A DNA stretch of 64,000 nucleotides from a bacterium. Lineage in GTDB: Bacteria > Verrucomicrobiota > Kiritimatiellia > CAIVKH01. Numbering within the stretch: the stretch's first letter is position 1; every line of letters starts with the position of its first letter. The position numbers and the translations under genes were made by a program. The DNA lies in the NCBI GenBank assembly GCA_043802525.1, contig JAZDKY010000082.1, positions 15,389-79,388 on the forward strand. Reading direction: 5' to 3'. The notes below the pieces were generated by a model that saw only the letters and a list, made by a program, of their open reading frames with translations, made no database searches and was not told the DNA's origin. Of this stretch, positions 9,773-21,900 are shown one piece after another.

Positions 9773-9832
9773 ATCCGCGACTTCTTTTTGTGCCTTTTCG
9801 TGCCTCTTCGTGGCCAATCCGTCTGCATCGTT
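9773..9832. repeat. 60-nt element immediately 3' of giant gene 1 (copy 1)
   Basis: atccgcgacttctttttgtgccttttcgtgcctcttcgtggccaatccgtctgcatcgtt is nearly identical to 18766-18825. Confidence 0.8.
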
Positions 9833-9843
9833 CCGTCTGAGCC

Positions 9844-12800
9844 TTATCGCGGTCCTCCCTGGATCCACGTCGGCCGGAGAACCGGCACGGTTTCGTTCCA
9901 GCCCCACTTCTGGAGCTGATACCGTGCCGTGCTGCGTTGAAGGTACCAGTCGCCCGTGGCCGCGTCATACACGGCCAGGTCCATGCGCCCGTCCCCATCG
10001 TAGTCCGCCGGCACGGCTTCGGCGCCGGACCACCCGAACTGTTGCTTCCTCAACGTCGAACCCACGCTCTCCAGGATGTACCACCAGCCGCCCGACTGAT
10101 GGTAAACGGCCAGGTCCGCCACACGATCGCCGTCGTAATCGCCCTGCACCGGGAACGCCTCAATCCAGCCGAAATTCTGCACACGCATGGCGCCGTTCGA
10201 ACTCTCCAGCACGTACCAGTTGCCCGCATCCGGGTGGTAGACGGCCACGTCATCCTTGTGGTCACCGTCAAAATCGGCCGGTACGGGCCGTACCTCACTC
10301 CAGCCCCAGTTGCGAAGCCACAACTGGCCGTCACTGCTCTTCAGGATGTACCAATTCCCGCCTCCAGGGTGGTAAACCGCAATGTCCGTCTGCCCATCGC
10401 CGTCGTAGTCACCAGGCACGGGCACCGCTTCCTGCCAGCCCCAGTTCTGCAACCGGAACGAACGGTCGCTGCTCCGCAGGATGTACCAGTTGCCGCTCCC
10501 CGGATGATAAACGGCAATATCCGTTGTGCCGTCACCGTCGTAGTCGCCGGGAACCGGCGCCGCCTCCGACCAGCCCCAATGCTCCTGCCACGCCGCGCCG
10601 CTGCCGGGCAGCCGGATGTACCACGCGCCGCCCTCCGGATGGTACACGGCGACATCGCTGATGCCGTCGCCCGTGAAATCCGCGATCGCGCGCGGGAAGG
10701 AAGCAGGCTCGAACGGATCGGTCCCCTGCATGACTTCCACGAAATCGTTCCGCCCGTCATGATCCCAGTCCGGGTCCGCAAGCGCCGTGCCGGTATTCGT
10801 GCGGCTCACGTAGACGCCCGTGCCCGTCTCCACCCAGTCGGGCAACCCGTCCCCATCCGTGTCGCTCTCCGGATCCTCGGGGTCCGGTCCAGGTCCGCCC
10901 AGCGGGGTCAGATACGTCGCACCCAGATCGATCGTCGTGTTCGGCGTCGGGTTCACCAGGGCATCGTCTTCGACGAGGGTCTCGTAGCCGGACTTGCTCA
11001 AGACCAGATGCAACGTCTCGGCCGGCAGCCACACGTTCGCCGGGAACGCCCCGTCGTTCTCGGTCGACCAACTGTTCTTCCAATTGCAGTAGAACGGATC
11101 CCCGTTCATCACGAAGTTGGTCAGGTACCCACCCGCCGCCTTGAACAGAATCTCCGCGCCGGGCACCTTTTCGTGCGTGTACACGTTCTGCGCCTCTCCC
11201 TCCGCACGGACTCTCCCGATGAACGAGAACAACACCGTTCCCGCGATCTCCTCGACCTGTAACCGCTGTGCATGGACATACCTCGGGTTGCCGAACAACG
11301 CGTTCCGCGGGTTGGCCACCTGGCCCGGCCGGTTCGGATCCTCCGCAGGCACATACCCCGGGTCCGACGAGTACACCGCCACCAGATGCGTCCCCGCCGA
11401 CACCTCCGGATAACCCACCGCCACGCTCCCGTTGAAGTACTTCACGTCCCCGTCCAGGCTCGCGAACGATCCTGCCGGCAACGCATTCGTCGTCGGCCAC
11501 TCCCCCCCATACACGATCAGCATCCCGTCCCCCGCGGGAATATCCACGATCAGTTCGTAGCTGCCCGGCCCCGAGCCGTTGGTCACGTACTGGCTCACCT
11601 GCACGAAGTACATCCCCTCGGCGGGGAAGTTCAACCCTGTCAATTCTCCCTCATCAAACCCGAAGTCATCGATGTGGTCGACCAGGTTCAGTTGTCCATC
11701 CCCGCCGAGATAGTACACGTCCAGTACCGTATCCACGTTCGTGCTCAAATGAATCGTCTCGATGTCGTACGCGTAGTTGGTCTGCGCGTAGAACCAGACC
11801 CAGTCCTGGTCGTTGAGCGTGTGGAGCGTGTGCTGCTCGAACGTCCCCACGTTGAACGGATGGGCCTGGATATGCTCGTCATCCACCTCGTACTGGTCCG
11901 GTCTCACGACCTCGCTCTGCACGGCAGGCGACACATCGCCCACGTTGTCTTCCGCGTAGAACGTGAGCGTGTAACTGCCCGCGTTGGTGAAGTCAGAGTA
12001 CAGGGCCTCGTGGCGGTTGCTCGCGGCATTGTAGGTCAGATCGACTCGCACCAAGTCCCCCGTCTCCTCGTACTCCGGCGGCGTGATGACGCACCACACA
12101 TTCGAGAGCCCGTCCGCGTCCGTGATCTGAGCCGCCCAGATGGTCAGGCTCGTCTCATTGGTTAGCGCCATCGATGGAATCACTTCGCCGATGTTCGGCG
12201 CTTCGCCACCCGTCGCGAACGCCGCACCGAGGTATCGCGTGCCGGCGATCAGCCCGTCCTGATTCTTCTCGTTCAAAATCCCGTCGCCGTCATCGTCGAG
12301 TCCGGAACGCTGACGCAAAAGTCCTGAAGCTCTCCGAATAGCTTTCCGGGCCTTGGTCTCTGCCTGCCCGATCGTCTTGCCTCCGAAGATTTCCGTCAGG
12401 AAATATTCGGAGAAGCTCACCAGCCCGTTCGCCTCCATCAGACACGGATACCCCGACCGCGTGCCCGCCACCACGATCCGCTCCCACGCCACCGGTGGAG
12501 CGAGGTACGGAACAAACGCCCCCGAGCCCGCAAAGTCCAGCACCACGTTCACAGGCCCATTGCTGCTCTGGTAATCGTTGAGCCACGCTGATAGCTGTGA
12601 TGCCGACAGCGATTCCACGTCGTTCATCCGGAATAGCTCGTTACTCCCTTCGCCCACCAGGTACACCGTCAGCTTCGCGGAATTGGTGGCCCAGTTTGTG
12701 ATCGCATATGCGAGGTTCGGCAGCGTGGATGCTGCGTTCACATGGGTTTCCGCCGTCTCGCTTAAGTAGTAGATCCGATCGGTCGCAATACCTCGCGCCC

Positions 12801-15800
12801 TCACCGTCCGGTACGCCAGGTCCGCCAGATGCTCGATCGCCACACGCTTCACCGACTGTGTCGGCCCCCCCGCCACCACGATCACCCGTTCGTCATACCC
12901 CACCTGCTCCACGTAGCTCTGCTTCGGCAGCGATACGCTGTTCCACACGTCCTGCGCGTAGTAGATGATCTTGTACGCGCCTTCCTCCGCGAACCCAGCG
13001 TGGCTCCCCTCATACCGCCCGTTCTCCGCCGAGTACGTCAGCTCGATCGCCGGTATGTTCTGCACCGGGTCCGCCCCGTTCGTCGGGTTGTGCCCCGGCG
13101 GCACCACCAGGCACCACACCCGCTCGATCGGATACGCCGACACGACATCCCGCGCCCACAACTCCGCCGTCGTCCCTCCGATCAGCGCCTGCCGCCCGCA
13201 CACCAGCCCAATCTGCGGAAGATCCTTGCCCGCCACGAAGCTCGACCCCAGCAGCACATTCGTCCCTTCCTCCCCGCTCCCGTTGTCCGCGTATCCCGCC
13301 TGCTGGTACGTCCCCATCGCCTCCTGCGCCTGCCCGTAGGCCGTGTACACATCCTGGCCCATCAGCACCCCGCCGAAGAACGCATCCGAGAAGCTCACCA
13401 GCCCGTTCGCCAGAAAATACGCCGGCTCGTTCGTCCCCGACGACGCGATCACGATCCGTTGGGCTATCCCGGTATACGTCAGTTCATTCGCCAGCACCTG
13501 CGCGTTGCAGAAGTCCAGCACCACCGTCACTTCCGTCGTGTACGCGTTCTGGATCGCGTCCAGCCAGCCGTCCAGCACCGGCCCCGTCAACGTTTCCCCA
13601 CCGTTCAGCCGGAAGTATCCGTTCGTCTCCGCGTCCCCGCCGTGGTCCACCAGGTACACGAACAACTTGTTCGCGTTGCCCACCCAGTTCGTGAACGTCG
13701 TCTGCGCATTCGCCATTGTCGCAGTCAGGTCGATGTCATCGGCAGCGCCGTCCCCGTCGATGTCGCGGGACGGGTCCTGGCTCAGGTACTGCACGTTCTC
13801 CTTCCCGTAGCCGCGGTAGAGAAGAATGTTGTACGCGTTATTGGCGAGGTAATCGGTGGAGGGCCACAGCGGATCTTCGCCTCCCTTCGTCCCTGCGATC
13901 ATCACGGCCTTGCCCGCTTTCGCGATCTCCGCCGGACTGATCACGTTCATGTACGCCCGTCCGAACCGCGCATCGCCGTCCCATGCCTCCATTACGTCCA
14001 CGCAGTCCGACGTCGTCCCCGCCTGGTACAGCACCGACGTGGCGTTGAGCGTCGTCGAGGTCGCTCCGCTCGGAATCTCCAGTTCCAGCCATGTGATCGT
14101 GTTGGTCGATCCGGAAGCGCCCAAGGTCACCGTGTTCTCCGCCACTACCGTCTTCCGCGACGGCCTCACCACCAGTTGCGGGCACAGCGCCACAGCGCCG
14201 TTTGTCGCGGCGGTCACGCGCCCCAGCCGATTCGTCACCAGCGCTTCATCGTTCGTGTCGACCGTTCCATCGAGGTTCATGTCCCCGGGCAGGTAGTTGG
14301 TCCGACCACTCTGCTGCTGCACGATCGTGACATCGGCGTTTTTGACGCGCCCATCCCCGTCCGCGTCACCGGCCGGGAGCCCCCACACGCCGGGTTCCAG
14401 TTCCACCGCTCCATTCGTCCCGCCCTGGTACTGAGTCGAGTCCGTCGTGAAGTCATAGGTGACCACCGTGTCCGCATAGGCCACCGGCGCCGCCGACATC
14501 GCCGAGAGGTGGTTCCGGTGTTTGACCACCACGTAGTAGGAATGGTTGGGTGTGCACTCCAGGCGCACGCCCGGCATTCCTTCATCGGTCAGAAGTATGC
14601 CGTCTTCGCGAACGAATACGCTGCGTGAGGCCGCCACGGCCAGACCGTTGGTCTCCAGGAGCTGGGCCAGGACCCAGTCCACCGCGTTGGTCGGAATCGC
14701 CGAAGCCAGCCGTGAATCCTCGCAGTAGGGAGACAGGCTCGGGATGGACAGCGCCGATCTCATCGCATTGCTCGCCGTATCGTACGGTCCTTCGAGCAAC
14801 GCGCGCGCCTCCGTGGACATGGTGAATTCGTACGCCCCCATGTCCACGCGGCCGTTGAAGATGCGCGGATTGCCGTCCAGGTCCGACGCCCCCGTCATCC
14901 ACGCCTCATTGCGCCCGGCATCGATGCACGGCGAGTTGGCCCGCAGCCGCAGGTTCGTCGACGTCAAATCCACGAACGACGGCGCGTTGGTGATGTTGCC
15001 CGCCCCGCCCGGATCGGGGGTGGTGCAGGAGTTTGTGAATGTTCCGCCGTCGTAATTCGGTCCACTGGGCGCCGTGTTGTAATAGACGATGCAATTGAAC
15101 TGCTCACCGTCAATGACTCCGCCGACGAAGCCGTCGGCGCTGTTGCGAACTACGGTGCAATCAAAGAGCTTGCCTCCGTAGACGCCGCCGCCAACCTGAT
15201 CCGATGAGTTGTCGACCACAAGACAGTTGTACAAGATGCTGCCGAAGGCTCCTCCCCCGCCGACGCATGCCCAGTTGGCTTGGAGAGTGCAATGGTACAA
15301 CTTGCCACCGAACGCGCCGCCGCCGTCGGACCACGCCGAGTTCCGCGCGATAACGCAATTGGAAACCATCGCATTGATCCCCTGGCACAAGACGCCACCA
15401 CCATCGCTGTCCTCGTAGACCCAGCCGGCGGTTCTTGTCTTGCCGTCAGTAAGCAGAAATCCAATCAGCGATGCGCCGTCTATCATGTAAACGCAACGTA
15501 CGGCAGCATCACCAAATGGACCTTGCCCTTCGATTACCGTTACCTCCGGGCCGTTGACGCTACGCACTGTGATCAACTTGTGGATCGCCACGCGGTTCGT
15601 CAGCAGATTCTCCGAGGCCGGATAACCCGCCACACCGCCGGTCCGGTACACCCCGTTGCTTACCCACACCGTGTCGCCGTCCGAGGACACATCAACCGCC
15701 GACTGGATGTCGCTCGCTGCGGTTAACCAATTCGTGAACGGCGCCACATGTCCGCCCCCTGGTGCCACGTAGTGCGCCGGGGATTCCAACGGCGCCACCC

Positions 15801-17349
15801 GCACCGTTACCGTTGCCGCAACACGGCCCGTGTAGTTTGAAACCTCCAGGACGATCTCATACACCCCCGCGGTCGTAAACGTATGCTGCACCAGACAATT
15901 ATTCGCCTCATACGCCCCGTCGCCAAATGCCCATGTATATCCCCGAGCCCGCCCTCCAATACTCGCCAGAAACTCCAGCGCTTGGCCTACGACAACATTG
16001 GTAAAGCTCGCTGTCATCGCCGCGGTCAAAATCCCCGTGACTCCCGATGACCAGTACTCGTCGCTACCGATGTCTACCGCCACGCCGTTGGTGCGCGGCT
16101 CGCCATCCCAGTCCAAGGCCCACGACACCGAAGCATTGTTCCCCGCGTTCCGACAGACGGATGCCTCCGTGAGACGTGGATTTCCTATGCTTACGATGCC
16201 CGGCTGATTCGTTATGTTTCCCGGACCACCCGGATGTGGAACGGTGCAAGAATCGGCAAACGAACCATTCCAGTAATTTGGGCCTGTGTTCTGCGCGACG
16301 TTGTAGTACACAGGACAGTTATACATGGAGCAGATAGCCGCCCCACCACCGAAGTAGTCCGACGAGTTGCCGGTGAGTGTGCAATGGTACAAGGTGCCAT
16401 AGAACGCCCCACCGCCATATCCACCCGTCCGGTTTCCGGATAGCGTGCAGCTGTACAACGTGCTGTGACTAGCCCCTCCGCCAGCCGAAAGCGTCGCGTT
16501 GGAGGACAGCATGCACTCGTACAGCGTGGCATAGGACGCCCCACCGCCATTGTCCGCCGAGTTGCCGCAAATCGTGCAATTGTACAGCGTGCCGTTGTAC
16601 GCCCCGCCGCCAAAGTCCACAGACGAGTTGCCCGAGATGATGCACTGGTACAGTGTGCTTTCAGACGCTCCGCCGCCGCAGTGACCCGCCGAGTTGCCGA
16701 TGAGCGTGCAATTTTGCAGTGTGCCGCCATACGCTCCGCCACCAAAGTCCACAGACGAGTTGCCCGAGATGATGCAGTTGGACACCGCGGCATTTGTGCT
16801 CTCGCACCACATCCCCCCGCCGCTGCGTTCTCGATTAGAATCCCCTGACGAGCGCGTCGCACCATTCGTGAGTGTGAACCCGATCAGGCTGGCGCCGTTC
16901 GCCATGTAGACACAGCGCACCGCCGCATTGCCGTTGGTCGTGGCCGGATCCCATGACCCCTTGATCACCGTGAAATCCGGACCATTAACACTCCTCACCG
17001 TGATCGGCTTGTGGATCGCGACCCGGTTCGTCAGCAGATCCGTGACCGTCGGATACCCCGCCACGCCACCCGTGTCGTACACGCCGTTGGTCACCCACAC
17101 CGTGTCACCGTCCGACGACACATCGATCGCCGCCTGGATGTTCGTCGCCGCCGTCACCCAGTTCGTATACGGCGCCGCATGGCCGCCCGAAAGGGAGACA
17201 TATCTCATTTCCGCCGACGCCGTGGCAGCGCCGAGCACAATGCAGGAACAGCACGATAGAACCGCGCGATGAAACAAGGAGCGACAACCGCCACGCTGAT
17301 CACGATGCGTCAACATGCTCCTCCACCTTTCTGAAAGACCCCGCGTCAT
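9844..17349 (-). CDS. giant secreted multidomain protein (beta-helix x2, PKD, dockerin-like, C13/caspase-fold x2, PPC-like, TSP3-like, FG-GAP-like propeller)
   Basis: 2508-aa ORF whose listed start 17370 is GTG; the first ATG is at 17349. Signal peptide [24 protein letters not shown]. Two beta-helix modules end in SPCIDAG..W..GA.DLDG.PRI..G.VDMGAYE. PKD block WAFGDGAYE...VYEIVLEV. Dockerin-like [13 protein letters not shown]...[13 protein letters not shown]. Six C-terminal [20 protein letters not shown] repeats. Confidence 0.9.
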   Translation of the reverse strand: MTRGLSERWRSMLTHRDQRGGCRSLFHRAVLSCCSCIVLGAATASAEMRYVSLSGGHAAPYTNWVTAATNIQAAIDVSSDGDTVWVTNGVYDTGGVAGYPTVTDLLTNRVAIHKPITVRSVNGPDFTVIKGSWDPATTNGNAAVRCVYMANGASLIGFTLTNGATRSSGDSNRERSGGGMWCESTNAAVSNCIISGNSSVDFGGGAYGGTLQNCTLIGNSAGHCGGGASESTLYQCIISGNSSVDFGGGAYNGTLYNCTICGNSADNGGGASYATLYECMLSSNATLSAGGGASHSTLYSCTLSGNRTGGYGGGAFYGTLYHCTLTGNSSDYFGGGAAICSMYNCPVYYNVAQNTGPNYWNGSFADSCTVPHPGGPGNITNQPGIVSIGNPRLTEASVCRNAGNNASVSWALDWDGEPRTNGVAVDIGSDEYWSSGVTGILTAAMTASFTNVVVGQALEFLASIGGRARGYTWAFGDGAYEANNCLVQHTFTTAGVYEIVLEVSNYTGRVAATVTVRVAPLESPAHYVAPGGGHVAPFTNWLTAASDIQSAVDVSSDGDTVWVSNGVYRTGGVAGYPASENLLTNRVAIHKLITVRSVNGPEVTVIEGQGPFGDAAVRCVYMIDGASLIGFLLTDGKTRTAGWVYEDSDGGGVLCQGINAMVSNCVIARNSAWSDGGGAFGGKLYHCTLQANWACVGGGGAFGSILYNCLVVDNSSDQVGGGVYGGKLFDCTVVRNSADGFVGGVIDGEQFNCIVYYNTAPSGPNYDGGTFTNSCTTPDPGGAGNITNAPSFVDLTSTNLRLRANSPCIDAGRNEAWMTGASDLDGNPRIFNGRVDMGAYEFTMSTEARALLEGPYDTASNAMRSALSIPSLSPYCEDSRLASAIPTNAVDWVLAQLLETNGLAVAASRSVFVREDGILLTDEGMPGVRLECTPNHSYYVVVKHRNHLSAMSAAPVAYADTVVTYDFTTDSTQYQGGTNGAVELEPGVWGLPAGDADGDGRVKNADVTIVQQQSGRTNYLPGDMNLDGTVDTNDEALVTNRLGRVTAATNGAVALCPQLVVRPSRKTVVAENTVTLGASGSTNTITWLELEIPSGATSTTLNATSVLYQAGTTSDCVDVMEAWDGDARFGRAYMNVISPAEIAKAGKAVMIAGTKGGEDPLWPSTDYLANNAYNILLYRGYGKENVQYLSQDPSRDIDGDGAADDIDLTATMANAQTTFTNWVGNANKLFVYLVDHGGDAETNGYFRLNGGETLTGPVLDGWLDAIQNAYTTEVTVVLDFCNAQVLANELTYTGIAQRIVIASSGTNEPAYFLANGLVSFSDAFFGGVLMGQDVYTAYGQAQEAMGTYQQAGYADNGSGEEGTNVLLGSSFVAGKDLPQIGLVCGRQALIGGTTAELWARDVVSAYPIERVWCLVVPPGHNPTNGADPVQNIPAIELTYSAENGRYEGSHAGFAEEGAYKIIYYAQDVWNSVSLPKQSYVEQVGYDERVIVVAGGPTQSVKRVAIEHLADLAYRTVRARGIATDRIYYLSETAETHVNAASTLPNLAYAITNWATNSAKLTVYLVGEGSNELFRMNDVESLSASQLSAWLNDYQSSNGPVNVVLDFAGSGAFVPYLAPPVAWERIVVAGTRSGYPCLMEANGLVSFSEYFLTEIFGGKTIGQAETKARKAIRRASGLLRQRSGLDDDGDGILNEKNQDGLIAGTRYLGAAFATGGEAPNIGEVIPSMALTNETSLTIWAAQITDADGLSNVWCVITPPEYEETGDLVRVDLTYNAASNRHEALYSDFTNAGSYTLTFYAEDNVGDVSPAVQSEVVRPDQYEVDDEHIQAHPFNVGTFEQHTLHTLNDQDWVWFYAQTNYAYDIETIHLSTNVDTVLDVYYLGGDGQLNLVDHIDDFGFDEGELTGLNFPAEGMYFVQVSQYVTNGSGPGSYELIVDIPAGDGMLIVYGGEWPTTNALPAGSFASLDGDVKYFNGSVAVGYPEVSAGTHLVAVYSSDPGYVPAEDPNRPGQVANPRNALFGNPRYVHAQRLQVEEIAGTVLFSFIGRVRAEGEAQNVYTHEKVPGAEILFKAAGGYLTNFVMNGDPFYCNWKNSWSTENDGAFPANVWLPAETLHLVLSKSGYETLVEDDALVNPTPNTTIDLGATYLTPLGGPGPDPEDPESDTDGDGLPDWVETGTGVYVSRTNTGTALADPDWDHDGRNDFVEVMQGTDPFEPASFPRAIADFTGDGISDVAVYHPEGGAWYIRLPGSGAAWQEHWGWSEAAPVPGDYDGDGTTDIAVYHPGSGNWYILRSSDRSFRLQNWGWQEAVPVPGDYDGDGQTDIAVYHPGGGNWYILKSSDGQLWLRNWGWSEVRPVPADFDGDHKDDVAVYHPDAGNWYVLESSNGAMRVQNFGWIEAFPVQGDYDGDRVADLAVYHQSGGWWYILESVGSTLRKQQFGWSGAEAVPADYDGDGRMDLAVYDAATGDWYLQRSTARYQLQKWGWNETVPVLRPTWIQGGPR

Positions 17350-17678
17350 TCCGCTCTTTTCGCACTTCACATATTGGATTTCTTGTTTTCCTGAGAAGAT
17401 TCTTCGGAATGGCCATGAAGAGGCATAAGAGGGATGGCCACAAGAAACACCATAGCCTCAACCCCTATAGCCCTTCGGAATCGGGAGTATAGGGGGTGGA
17501 GCGATTTCGTGTTTTTCGTGGCCATCACGTCTTTCACTTCTGCGGTCGACTCCGATTTGCCCGCGGGCTTGCCACACTGCGTAATGTCCCGCTCGGCCAT
17601 ACACATTCTCGTACCGGTCGTTCACGCAACCCGTTCATGCCTCCGCGTCTCCCATGAAACCCCGGCTGTGGCCGGCGG

Positions 17679-18134
17679 TCAAATAACGTCAAGCTGTTCG
17701 TACGAAAAGCGCCGCGCATCCTGCGCGGCACAAGGGCTTCGACGCCCGAAGCTGTCTCCAGCAAGCCTGGTCACGAGGTCGAGCAACTCGCGCGTGGCAT
17801 AGGGCTTTGCAATGAACGCATCCGCGCCCAAGGCAAGAAAAGAGTCGCGGTCCACGGAAAGAAAGGAACCCGTCATCACCACCATGCGCACGTCTGGATC
17901 GAGCTTCCGTATTTCCCGCAGGCCCTGGATTCCGTTCTTCCCGGGCATATCGACGTCCATCAGGATGACATCCGGCTTGAAAACCCCGAGACGGCTCAAG
18001 CCGTCGTCCACGCCGCACGCACACGACACCTCAAAATCCCGCGAGAGCAGTTGGGTGAGCAGAAAACGGATCGACGCCTGATCATCGATGACCAACACCC
18101 GCGGCTTTGTAGGGTTGTCGTGCATGTCTCCCAT
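17679..18134 (-). CDS. single-domain CheY-like response regulator
   Basis: MGDMHDNPTKPRVLVIDDQASIRFLL...PDVILMDVDMPGKNG...FIAKP is a receiver domain only. Start at ATG 18134 (or 18125). Confidence 0.85.
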   Translation of the reverse strand: MGDMHDNPTKPRVLVIDDQASIRFLLTQLLSRDFEVSCACGVDDGLSRLGVFKPDVILMDVDMPGKNGIQGLREIRKLDPDVRMVVMTGSFLSVDRDSFLALGADAFIAKPYATRELLDLVTRLAGDSFGRRSPCAAQDARRFSYEQLDVI

Positions 18135-18409
18135 TTTAGTTAAGTCGTACCCGGAAGAATAAATCTTCCCGAAAAAGCGCATGTTTCGGGCGAACCCTAC
18201 CAGCCACGACCGGCTTGAGCTTCTTGCTGAAAGAACTTTGCCGTAACCATGCAGAAGAGAACCACGAATAAACACGCATTCGCACGAATAACAAGGGAAC
18301 CCTTAGCGCGGCTGTGCGTGATCTTTTTTGCGCATCTTGCGCTTTTTGCGGTTTCCTCTTCCGTGCCTCCCGTGGTTGAGAATCAGGCTAGTACGGCCCC
18401 CGGCGGTAG

Positions 18410-18458
18410 CCGGATCGTTCAGGAATGAAACCTCAATCCCAGCTTGATGTTTCAGGTC
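18410..18458. repeat. ~50-nt intergenic repeat, copy of 8938-8987
   Basis: ccggatcgttcaggaatgaaacctcaatcccagcttgatgtttcaggtc. Confidence 0.7.
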
Positions 18459-18765
18459 CGCGAAGATTTCCGGATTGACCGCAAAAAGGAATCACGCAAA
18501 GAACGCCGAGGCGCCGGATCAGCCATGACTATTCAACCTGAAAAGAGCAGTTGAAACCGCAGATTCCGCCGGAGGCCATTGGCATCAACCCAAGCCGTAT
18601 CCATGCCGCTGCAATAGCCAGGAAAACGCACCCGCCTTCGTCCCGCCTCGAAGGCGGGACTTCGGCGCGGCAGGCAAGATGCACAAAGAAACCAGGTTGC
18701 GGAACGACCCCATCGAGAAAGATATTCACCGATCAGCGCTCCAAACCCGGCGCGCCTGATTATTG

Positions 18766-18825
18766 ATCCGCGATTCCTTCTTGTGCCTTTTCGTGCCTCT
18801 TCGTGGCCAATCCGTCTGCATCGTT
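18766..18825. repeat. 60-nt element downstream of giant gene 2 (copy 2)
   Basis: atccgcgattccttcttgtgccttttcgtgcctcttcgtggccaatccgtctgcatcgtt. Confidence 0.8.
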
Positions 18826-18987
18826 AAGGCTTTCGAACTGCCGGATTCAGAATTGACGCTGTGGAAAACAAGGTTGCAACCGCAACAGGTCGCGGGCCTC
18901 GCCCGGCCCGCGACCTGCGGATGACACCTGAACGCGCACTCCACGGGCCGGACATCTTTTCCGGCCGGTACCGTCCCGGTTCCGGCC

Positions 18988-21900
18988 CTACTCAGACCCG
19001 ATGGTTATTCTTTCCGCGCTTTGCAATCCGTAATTACCCTCAAGGACTTTCACGGCCCCGGTGACGGCGACATCCCAGACCGCCGTCAACCGCGTCGGGG
19101 AATCGACCGTAAAGGTTGGCTGAAATATCGGCTGCTCTGGTGTGCTGACAAAATAGGGCGTCCCATTATAGCTGTAGAACATGCCTCCTATTGCAACACC
19201 GCGCACGTTGAATAGATTCGCGCCCCGAATCGTGATGGGCGCCCCCACCGGCGCCTGAACCGGCGAGACGCTGGTCACCATCGGCAACGGCGCGATGGAG
19301 AAGGTGCCCAGATTGACTCCATAGCTGATTCCGTACCAAGTCCCCACCGACTTGACCCACAAGCGCACGGTGTGATGGCCGGCGCTCAGATAGCCCATGT
19401 TGATGTAACCCACCCCGCCGAACGTGCTCCAGTTCTGCGAACCATTGTTGCCCGGTGTCGTATCCCATGTTTGGAATTCGGCCCTGTAATCGCCATCGAC
19501 ATCGATGGCGATTACGTTACCGCCTACATCGTCGGCATAGGTGAAATAGATACCCGCATTGACTATGGACCTATCGAAATCCATCTCATAGTAGAGTGCT
19601 CCAGAATAACCCACATGCACGGCGCCATATTCGAGGTAGTAGCCGCCACTGTAGGCGTTGAAGCTAGTGCAGCTCCGGGAGACTTCATAGTAGTTCGTGC
19701 ATTCCTTCTCGATGTAATCGATGAACGCATCCTTGATTTCGAGAGGCCGCAGCGCCCGGTTGACGATCTTCAACTCGTCCAGGGTCCCGCGTCCGCAATG
19801 GCCATAGATATCTTGCCCGAAACGTAGCGGCGCATTGCCGCGGGTTAGATTTCCCGTGACATTCGTCGATGCCTTCTCGTCTCCAAACAGGAATATCTTC
19901 GCCGTCGCGCCGTCATAGGCCGCGACGATATGGTACCATTGGCTCGTCGACAGCACGCTGTTCGCGGGGGTCCCGAAGTCGCCCATGTCCGTTCCATAGA
20001 CCTTGAAGCAGATCCGCTTGTCCACGCCGTCGAAGTACAACTCGAAATCGTCCTGCCCGGTCCCATCGCCCTTGGACGCGATGTACAGATCGTCGTCAAC
20101 CACCTTGATCCATGCCTGTATGGCAATCTCGTTCTCGTAGGCCAGGCCGGTCCCCACGGTGCCGTAGTCGTCGCCGTCGAACGTAAGCGCTTTGCCGGCT
20201 TTCCCATTTACCCACGCAGGCGCGTTCACCAGGGTGGCGTGGGCCGCGAGGGCCGAGGCATCGTGGGCAATGGTCCCCGAGCCTTCATCAAAGGCCCAGT
20301 GATACGTCCGGGTCACCGTGGCCGTGTTGTCCTGCTCGTACGCGCCCATATCCATCATCCCGTTCCAAGCCAGGACGCGCGGTCTGCCGTCCAGGTCGAG
20401 GCTCCCGACCATCCAGTCCATGTCCATGCCGGCATCGACACACGGAGAGCCATCCACCCCGTACGTTCGCTTCGACACGAGGTGGAAATCGCCGGCGTTT
20501 GGATTCGCGAAACGGGGGTCGGCGACGATGTTGCCCTCTCCCGCCAAGCCGAGCGTGCTGCAACTGAAACTGAATTCGCCGGAGTAGAGTCTGCAGTTGG
20601 AGTCCGGAGGTCCGCCAGAGGTGGCATTCCCGTAGATGATCGAGTTCTGTACCTTGCCACCGCCACAGTACACGCCGCCACCACCCCCGTAGTACGTGCC
20701 GCCACTGCTGGTGTATGCGCTGGCGGAGTTGCCGACGACCGTGCAATTCTGGACGGCGCCGCCCCCACAATAGATTCCCCCGCCGTCGCTATAGCCATAG
20801 TACGCAGTGCCAACGGCGACATTGCCCCGGATCAAACAGCTCCGAAGGATTCCGCCGCCTATGGTGACTCCGCCACCTCTGCTCGATCCGTAATACTGCG
20901 CACTTTGCGAGATATTGCTCACAATGACACATCGGTCCACCAACCCTTGCGAAAGCAGCACACCGCCGCCGTCGGCAAGTCCCTCCGACGCTCGCCCCCG
21001 CGTAATCGTGAAGCCTTCGACGACCGCGTTGCTGTGGTTCACCCAGAAGCAGCGAACAGACTGGTTGCCGTCGACCATCGTGGCGGACGATCCACCGGCC
21101 CCGCGAACCGTGACGCCCTTGGCGATCTCGATCTGCGAAGCAAGGACATACCGGCCCTGCGCCACCAGAACAACGCCACCGTCCACGGCCACGGCGATCG
21201 CCTCCTGGATCGTGTTGTACGGATGCGCCGCACTGCCGTCTTCGATGCCGCTCGTGTTCGCGACATTCACGTAGAGTGCGGACGATCCCGCCTCCACCGT
21301 GATCGATACGGTGGCCGCGACGCTGAGCGCCACACCGTCAGAAACCCGGAAGGTGAAGCTGTCGGCGCCGGAGTAGCCGTTCGCCGGCGTGTACGTCACG
21401 TTCGGCAGCGTGCCGCTCAACGCGCCGTGCGACGGACTGACAACGATGCTGTACGTCAGCGGACTGTTCTCGACATCCGACGCCGTGAGCGTAATCGATT
21501 TGGCCGTGTTCTGAGGGGTCATCACGCTCTGGCTGTTCGCCACAGGCGCGTCGTTCACCGCGGTGATCGTGATCGACACCGTCGCCGCCGCGCTCGCCAG
21601 CAGTCCGTCGGAGACGCGGAACGTGAAGCTGTCCGCTCCGTTCACGTTCAGATTCGGCGTGTACGTCAGGTTCGGGGCCGTCCCGCTCAGCGTCCCCTTC
21701 GTCGGACTCGTCACGACCGTGTACGTCAGCGCGTTCATCTCCGGGTCGCTGCCCGTCAGCGTGATCGCCTTCGCCACGTCTTCCGTCACCGTCACCGACT
21801 GGTTCGACGCCACCGGTGCGTTGTTTAGCGGCGCTTGGTTGCCGGTGTGGAACTGCCACACCCCGCCGGTGCTGGAGGCCCCGTGGTTGTCCGAGGCAGC

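Noticed and set aside
12829-14628. 599-aa plus-strand ORF, and similar ones at 9937..11262, 11272..12165, 19930..21828, 25104..26642, 26856..27863 and 28308..30461
   Set aside because: All lie opposite the giant genes, whose minus-strand frames carry clear repeated domains. The translations are Arg/His/Val/Pro-rich and featureless.
17367-17606. 79-aa minus-strand ORF just upstream of giant gene 1
   Set aside because: It has no recognisable domain, atypical codon usage and mixed composition. It is more likely 5' leader DNA; I could not support it as a gene.
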